Positions 56,506 through 64,000 of a stretch of DNA of 64,000 bases are shown here, piece by piece. The notes below the pieces were generated by a model. It saw only the letters and a program-made list of their open reading frames with translations, was not told the DNA's origin and did not search any database. This DNA comes from Eledone cirrhosa (taxonomy: Eukaryota). The position numbers were made by a program, and so were the translations under genes. Numbering within the stretch: the first letter of the stretch is position 1; each line of letters starts with the position of its first letter. The stretch is from NCBI GenBank assembly GCA_964016885.1, contig OZ024740.1, forward strand, positions 384,772,001-384,836,000. Reading direction: 5' to 3'.

Positions 56506-56550
56506 AATATTGCTGATGAGTTGTAACAACAACGAAACTAGTTCAATATT
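56506..56550 (+). ncRNA. Minimal type I hammerhead ribozyme, repeated every 467 bp (16 complete copies)
   Basis: AATATTG-CTGATGA-GTTG taacaa CAAC-GAAA-CTAG-TT-CAATATT; predicted cleavage after 56543. Confidence 0.93.
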
Positions 56551-59500
56551 CCTTGTCTGGCTTTCTGGAGAATAGAGGAGAGGTGTTTCCTCAAAAACCA
56601 GTATGACTCTAAAAACCGGTTTGTCTGTGTGTTTACATACAGAATAGCTGGCCACTCACAGTAAAGTGACCAGTGAAAAAACTTGGTACACCTACATATG
56701 TATACGTGTGTGTATTCATATACATACTAGTATTTCAGTATACATATATGGATGTACATCTTTAACTTAATTGTTTAAGCGTCAGTCATACAAAAGTGAG
56801 TTACAAACGAAACGAAATTTAATTTCGTTTCGTTATTTGTTTTTATCGTCTCCGTTGAACCGGTACTTACTCACACTCTATGCAAATTAGTCTGCCCACT
56901 ACTAATTTTCATAGAAAAAGCATATAACGATATGTGCTTTTACGATTCTCTAGAGAGGCCGGAAGATAGGTAAATATTGCTGATGAGTTGTAACAACAAC
57001 GAAACTAGTTCAATATTCCTTGTCTGGCTTTCTGGAGAATAGAGGAGAGGTGTTTCCTCAAAAACCAGTATGACTCTAAAAACCGGTTTGTCTGTGTGTT
57101 TACATACAGAATAGCTGGCCACTCACAGTAAAGTGACCAGTGAAAAAACTTGGTACACCTACATATGTATACGTGTGTGTATTCATATACATACTAGTAT
57201 TTCAGTATACATATATGGATGTACATCTTTAACTTAATTGTTTAAGCGTCAGTCATACAAAAGTGAGTTACAAACGAAACGAAATTTAATTTCGTTTCGT
57301 TATTTGTTTTTATCGTCTCCGTTGAACCGGTACTTACTCACACTCTATGCAAATTAGTCTGCCCACTACTAATTTTCATAGAAAAAGCATATAACGATAT
57401 GTGCTTTTACGATTCTCTAGAGAGGCCGGAAGATAGGTAAATATTGCTGATGAGTTGTAACAACAACGAAACTAGTTCAATATTCCTTGTCTGGCTTTCT
57501 GGAGAATAGAGGAGAGGTGTTTCCTCAAAAACCAGTATGACTCTAAAAACCGGTTTGTCTGTGTGTTTACATACAGAATAGCTGGCCACTCACAGTAAAG
57601 TGACCAGTGAAAAAACTTGGTACACCTACATATGTATACGTGTGTGTATTCATATACATACTAGTATTTCAGTATACATATATGGATGTACATCTTTAAC
57701 TTAATTGTTTAAGCGTCAGTCATACAAAAGTGAGTTACAAACGAAACGAAATTTAATTTCGTTTCGTTATTTGTTTTTATCGTCTCCGTTGAACCGGTAC
57801 TTACTCACACTCTATGCAAATTAGTCTGCCCACTACTAATTTTCATAGAAAAAGCATATAACGATATGTGCTTTTACGATTCTCTAGAGAGGCCGGAAGA
57901 TAGGTAAATATTGCTGATGAGTTGTAACAACAACGAAACTAGTTCAATATTCCTTGTCTGGCTTTCTGGAGAATAGAGGAGAGGTGTTTCCTCAAAAACC
58001 AGTATGACTCTAAAAACCGGTTTGTCTGTGTGTTTACATACAGAATAGCTGGCCACTCACAGTAAAGTGACCAGTGAAAAAACTTGGTACACCTACATAT
58101 GTATACGTGTGTGTATTCATATACATACTAGTATTTCAGTATACATATATGGATGTACATCTTTAACTTAATTGTTTAAGCGTCAGTCATACAAAAGTGA
58201 GTTACAAACGAAACGAAATTTAATTTCGTTTCGTTATTTGTTTTTATCGTCTCCGTTGAACCGGTACTTACTCACACTCTATGCAAATTAGTCTGCCCAC
58301 TACTAATTTTCATAGAAAAAGCATATAACGATATGTGCTTTTACGATTCTCTAGAGAGGCCGGAAGATAGGTAAATATTGCTGATGAGTTGTAACAACAA
58401 CGAAACTAGTTCAATATTCCTTGTCTGGCTTTCTGGAGAATAGAGGAGAGGTGTTTCCTCAAAAACCAGTATGACTCTAAAAACCGGTTTGTCTGTGTGT
58501 TTACATACAGAATAGCTGGCCACTCACAGTAAAGTGACCAGTGAAAAAACTTGGTACACCTACATATGTATACGTGTGTGTATTCATATACATACTAGTA
58601 TTTCAGTATACATATATGGATGTACATCTTTAACTTAATTGTTTAAGCGTCAGTCATACAAAAGTGAGTTACAAACGAAACGAAATTTAATTTCGTTTCG
58701 TTATTTGTTTTTATCGTCTCCGTTGAACCGGTACTTACTCACACTCTATGCAAATTAGTCTGCCCACTACTAATTTTCATAGAAAAAGCATATAACGATA
58801 TGTGCTTTTACGATTCTCTAGAGAGGCCGGAAGATAGGTAAATATTGCTGATGAGTTGTAACAACAACGAAACTAGTTCAATATTCCTTGTCTGGCTTTC
58901 TGGAGAATAGAGGAGAGGTGTTTCCTCAAAAACCAGTATGACTCTAAAAACCGGTTTGTCTGTGTGTTTACATACAGAATAGCTGGCCACTCACAGTAAA
59001 GTGACCAGTGAAAAAACTTGGTACACCTACATATGTATACGTGTGTGTATTCATATACATACTAGTATTTCAGTATACATATATGGATGTACATCTTTAA
59101 CTTAATTGTTTAAGCGTCAGTCATACAAAAGTGAGTTACAAACGAAACGAAATTTAATTTCGTTTCGTTATTTGTTTTTATCGTCTCCGTTGAACCGGTA
59201 CTTACTCACACTCTATGCAAATTAGTCTGCCCACTACTAATTTTCATAGAAAAAGCATATAACGATATGTGCTTTTACGATTCTCTAGAGAGGCCGGAAG
59301 ATAGGTAAATATTGCTGATGAGTTGTAACAACAACGAAACTAGTTCAATATTCCTTGTCTGGCTTTCTGGAGAATAGAGGAGAGGTGTTTCCTCAAAAAC
59401 CAGTATGACTCTAAAAACCGGTTTGTCTGTGTGTTTACATACAGAATAGCTGGCCACTCACAGTAAAGTGACCAGTGAAAAAACTTGGTACACCTACATA

Positions 59501-62500
59501 TGTATACGTGTGTGTATTCATATACATACTAGTATTTCAGTATACATATATGGATGTACATCTTTAACTTAATTGTTTAAGCGTCAGTCATACAAAAGTG
59601 AGTTACAAACGAAACGAAATTTAATTTCGTTTCGTTATTTGTTTTTATCGTCTCCGTTGAACCGGTACTTACTCACACTCTATACAAATTAGTCTGCCCA
59701 CTACTAATTTTCATAGAAAAAGCATATAACGATATGTGCTTTTACGATTCTCTAGAGAGGCCGGAAGATAGGTAAATATTGCTGATGAGTTGTAACAACA
59801 ACGAAACTAGTTCAATATTCCTTGTCTGGCTTTCTGGAGAATAGAGGAGAGGTGTTTCCTCAAAAACCAGTATGACTCTAAAAACCGGTTTGTCTGTGTG
59901 TTTACATACAGAATAGCTGGCCACTCACAGTAAAGTGACCAGTGAAAAAACTTGGTACACCTACATATGTATACGTGTGTGTATTCATATACATACTAGT
60001 ATTTCAGTATACATATATGGATGTACATCTTTAACTTAATTGTTTAAGCGTCAGTCATACAAAAGTGAGTTACAAACGAAACGAAATTTAATTTCGTTTC
60101 GTTATTTGTTTTTATCGTCTCCGTTGAACCGGTACTTACTCACACTCTATGCAAATTAGTCTGCCCACTACTAATTTTCATAGAAAAAGCATATAACGAT
60201 ATGTGCTTTTACGATTCTCTAGAGAGGCCGGAAGATAGGTAAATATTGCTGATGAGTTGTAACAACAACGAAACTAGTTCAATATTCCTTGTCTGGCTTT
60301 CTGGAGAATAGAGGAGAGGTGTTTCCTCAAAAACCAGTATGACTCTAAAAACCGGTTTGTCTGTGTGTTTACATACAGAATAGCTGGCCACTCACAGTAA
60401 AGTGACCAGTGAAAAAACTTGGTACACCTACATATGTATACGTGTGTGTATTCATATACATACTAGTATTTCAGTATACATATATGGATGTACATCTTTA
60501 ACTTAATTGTTTAAGCGTCAGTCATACAAAAGTGAGTTACAAACGAAACGAAATTTAATTTCGTTTCGTTATTTGTTTTTATCGTCTCCGTTGAACCGGT
60601 ACTTACTCACACTCTATGCAAATTAGTCTGCCCACTACTAATTTTCATAGAAAAAGCATATAACGATATGTGCTTTTACGATTCTCTAGAGAGGCCGGAA
60701 GATAGGTAAATATTGCTGATGAGTTGTAACAACAACGAAACTAGTTCAATATTCCTTGTCTGGCTTTCTGGAGAATAGAGGAGAGGTGTTTCCTCAAAAA
60801 CCAGTATGACTCTAAAAACCGGTTTGTCTGTGTGTTTACATACAGAATAGCTGGCCACTCACAGTAAAGTGACCAGTGAAAAAACTTGGTACACCTACAT
60901 ATGTATACGTGTGTGTATTCATATACATACTAGTATTTCAGTATACATATATGGATGTACATCTTTAACTTAATTGTTTAAGCGTCAGTCATACAAAAGT
61001 GAGTTACAAACGAAACGAAATTTAATTTCGTTTCGTTATTTGTTTTTATCGTCTCCGTTGAACCGGTACTTACTCACACTCTATGCAAATTAGTCTGCCC
61101 ACTACTAATTTTCATAGAAAAAGCATATAACGATATGTGCTTTTACGATTCTCTAGAGAGGCCGGAAGATAGGTAAATATTGCTGATGAGTTGTAACAAC
61201 AACGAAACTAGTTCAATATTCCTTGTCTGGCTTTCTGGAGAATAGAGGAGAGGTGTTTCCTCAAAAACCAGTATGACTCTAAAAACCGGTTTGTCTGTGT
61301 GTTTACATACAGAATAGCTGGCCACTCACAGTAAAGTGACCAGTGAAAAAACTTGGTACACCTACATATGTATACGTGTGTGTATTCATATACATACTAG
61401 TATTTCAGTATACATATATGGATGTACATCTTTAACTTAATTGTTTAAGCGTCAGTCATACAAAAGTGAGTTACAAACGAAACGAAATTTAATTTCGTTT
61501 CGTTATTTGTTTTTATCGTCTCCGTTGAACCGGTACTTACTCACACTCTATGCAAATTAGTCTGCCCACTACTAATTTTCATAGAAAAAGCATATAACGA
61601 TATGTGCTTTTACGATTCTCTAGAGAGGCCGGAAGATAGGTAAATATTGCTGATGAGTTGTAACAACAACGAAACTAGTTCAATATTCCTTGTCTGGCTT
61701 TCTGGAGAATAGAGGAGAGGTGTTTCCTCAAAAACCAGTATGACTCTAAAAACCGGTTTGTCTGTGTGTTTACATACAGAATAGCTGGCCACTCACAGTA
61801 AAGTGACCAGTGAAAAAACTTGGTACACCTACATATGTATACGTGTGTGTATTCATATACATACTAGTATTTCAGTATACATATATGGATGTACATCTTT
61901 AACTTAATTGTTTAAGCGTCAGTCATACAAAAGTGAGTTACAAACGAAACGAAATTTAATTTCGTTTCGTTATTTGTTTTTATCGTCTCCGTTGAACCGG
62001 TACTTACTCACACTCTATGCAAATTAGTCTGCCCACTACTAATTTTCATAGAAAAAGCATATAACGATATGTGCTTTTACGATTCTCTAGAGAGGCCGGA
62101 AGATAGGTAAATATTGCTGATGAGTTGTAACAACAACGAAACTAGTTCAATATTCCTTGTCTGGCTTTCTGGAGAATAGAGGAGAGGTGTTTCCTCAAAA
62201 ACCAGTATGACTCTAAAAACCGGTTTGTCTGTGTGTTTACATACAGAATAGCTGGCCACTCACAGTAAAGTGACCAGTGAAAAAACTTGGTACACCTACA
62301 TATGTATACGTGTGTGTATTCATATACATACTAGTATTTCAGTATACATATATGGATGTACATCTTTAACTTAATTGTTTAAGCGTCAGTCATACAAAAG
62401 TGAGTTACAAACGAAACGAAATTTAATTTCGTTTCGTTATTTGTTTTTATCGTCTCCGTTGAACCGGTACTTACTCACACTCTATGCAAATTAGTCTGCC

Positions 62501-64000
62501 CACTACTAATTTTCATAGAAAAAGCATATAACGATATGTGCTTTTACGATTCTCTAGAGAGGCCGGAAGATAGGTAAATATTGCTGATGAGTTGTAACAA
62601 CAACGAAACTAGTTCAATATTCCTTGTCTGGCTTTCTGGAGAATAGAGGAGAGGTGTTTCCTCAAAAACCAGTATGACTCTAAAAACCGGTTTGTCTGTG
62701 TGTTTACATACAGAATAGCTGGCCACTCACAGTAAAGTGACCAGTGAAAAAACTTGGTACACCTACATATGTATACGTGTGTGTATTCATATACATACTA
62801 GTATTTCAGTATACATATATGGATGTACATCTTTAACTTAATTGTTTAAGCGTCAGTCATACAAAAGTGAGTTACAAACGAAACGAAATTTAATTTCGTT
62901 TCGTTATTTGTTTTTATCGTCTCCGTTGAACCGGTACTTACTCACACTCTATGCAAATTAGTCTGCCCACTACTAATTTTCATAGAAAAAGCATATAACG
63001 ATATGTGCTTTTACGATTCTCTAGAGAGGCCGGAAGATAGGTAAATATTGCTGATGAGTTGTAACAACAACGAAACTAGTTCAATATTCCTTGTCTGGCT
63101 TTCTGGAGAATAGAGGAGAGGTGTTTCCTCAAAAACCAGTATGACTCTAAAAACCGGTTTGTCTGTGTGTTTACATACAGAATAGCTGGCCACTCACAGT
63201 AAAGTGACCAGTGAAAAAACTTGGTACACCTACATATGTATACGTGTGTGTATTCATATACATACTAGTATTTCAGTATACATATATGGATGTACATCTT
63301 TAACTTAATTGTTTAAGCGTCAGTCATACAAAAGTGAGTTACAAACGAAACGAAATTTAATTTCGTTTCGTTATTTGTTTTTATCGTCTCCGTTGAACCG
63401 GTACTTACTCACACTCTATACAAATTAGTCTGCCCACTACTAATTTTCATAGAAAAAGCATATAACGATATGTGCTTTTACGATTCTCTAGAGAGGCCGG
63501 AAGATAGGTAAATATTGCTGATGAGTTGTAACAACAACGAAACTAGTTCAATATTCCTTGTCTGGCTTTCTGGAGAATAGAGGAGAGGTGTTTCCTCAAA
63601 AACCAGTATGACTCTAAAAACCGGTTTGTCTGTGTGTTTACATACAGAATAGCTGGCCACTCACAGTAAAGTGACCAGTGAAAAAACTTGGTACACCTAC
63701 ATATGTATACGTGTGTGTATTCATATACATACTAGTATTTCAGTATACATATATGGATGTACATCTTTAACTTAATTGTTTAAGCGTCAGTCATACAAAA
63801 GTGAGTTACAAACGAAACGAAATTTAATTTCGTTTCGTTATTTGTTTTTATCGTCTCCGTTGAACCGGTACTTACTCACACTCTATGCAAATTAGTCTGC
63901 CCACTACTAATTTTCATAGAAAAAGCATATAACGATATGTGCTTTTACGATTCTCTAGAGAGGCCGGAAGATAGGTAAATATTGCTGATGAGTTGTAACA

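Noticed and set aside
56473-63660. 60-aa ORF (MASYSVCKH...) repeated 16 times
   Set aside because: Antisense to the hammerhead, non-ATG start, no recognisable domain; a by-product of the repeat

Overview
Gene-free, AT-rich, microsatellite-dense animal DNA. The SINE types suggest a cephalopod, probably Octopus (inference). The window is almost entirely mobile DNA: two R4/Dong-like RLE LINEs, a near full-length Tx1/L1 LINE inserted in an (ATT)n tract, three RTE LINE fragments, Helitron derivatives, tRNA-derived SINEs and a Penelope-like element (PLE; RT plus GIY-YIG) complex with a 5.4-kb fold-back. The main finding is a hammerhead-ribozyme (HHR) system. From 56051 to the window end lies a near-perfect 467-bp tandem array of at least 17 units. 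Each unit carries a minimal type I hammerhead (AATATTG-CTGATGA-GTTG/CAAC-GAAA-CTAG-TT-CAATATT) and an octamer ATGCAAAT, consistent with a retrozyme or newt-satellite-2-like self-cleaving satellite. The array is fused by a 6-bp microhomology to a PLE pLTR that carries its own hammerhead. Diverged relatives of the unit occur at 36.7-38.7 kb and 43-44.7 kb with compensatory stem changes. Several short fold-back elements (1.0, 2.9, 21.2 and 21.7 kb) carry hammerheads on both arms. All motifs and structures were read by eye; no folding or database search was run.
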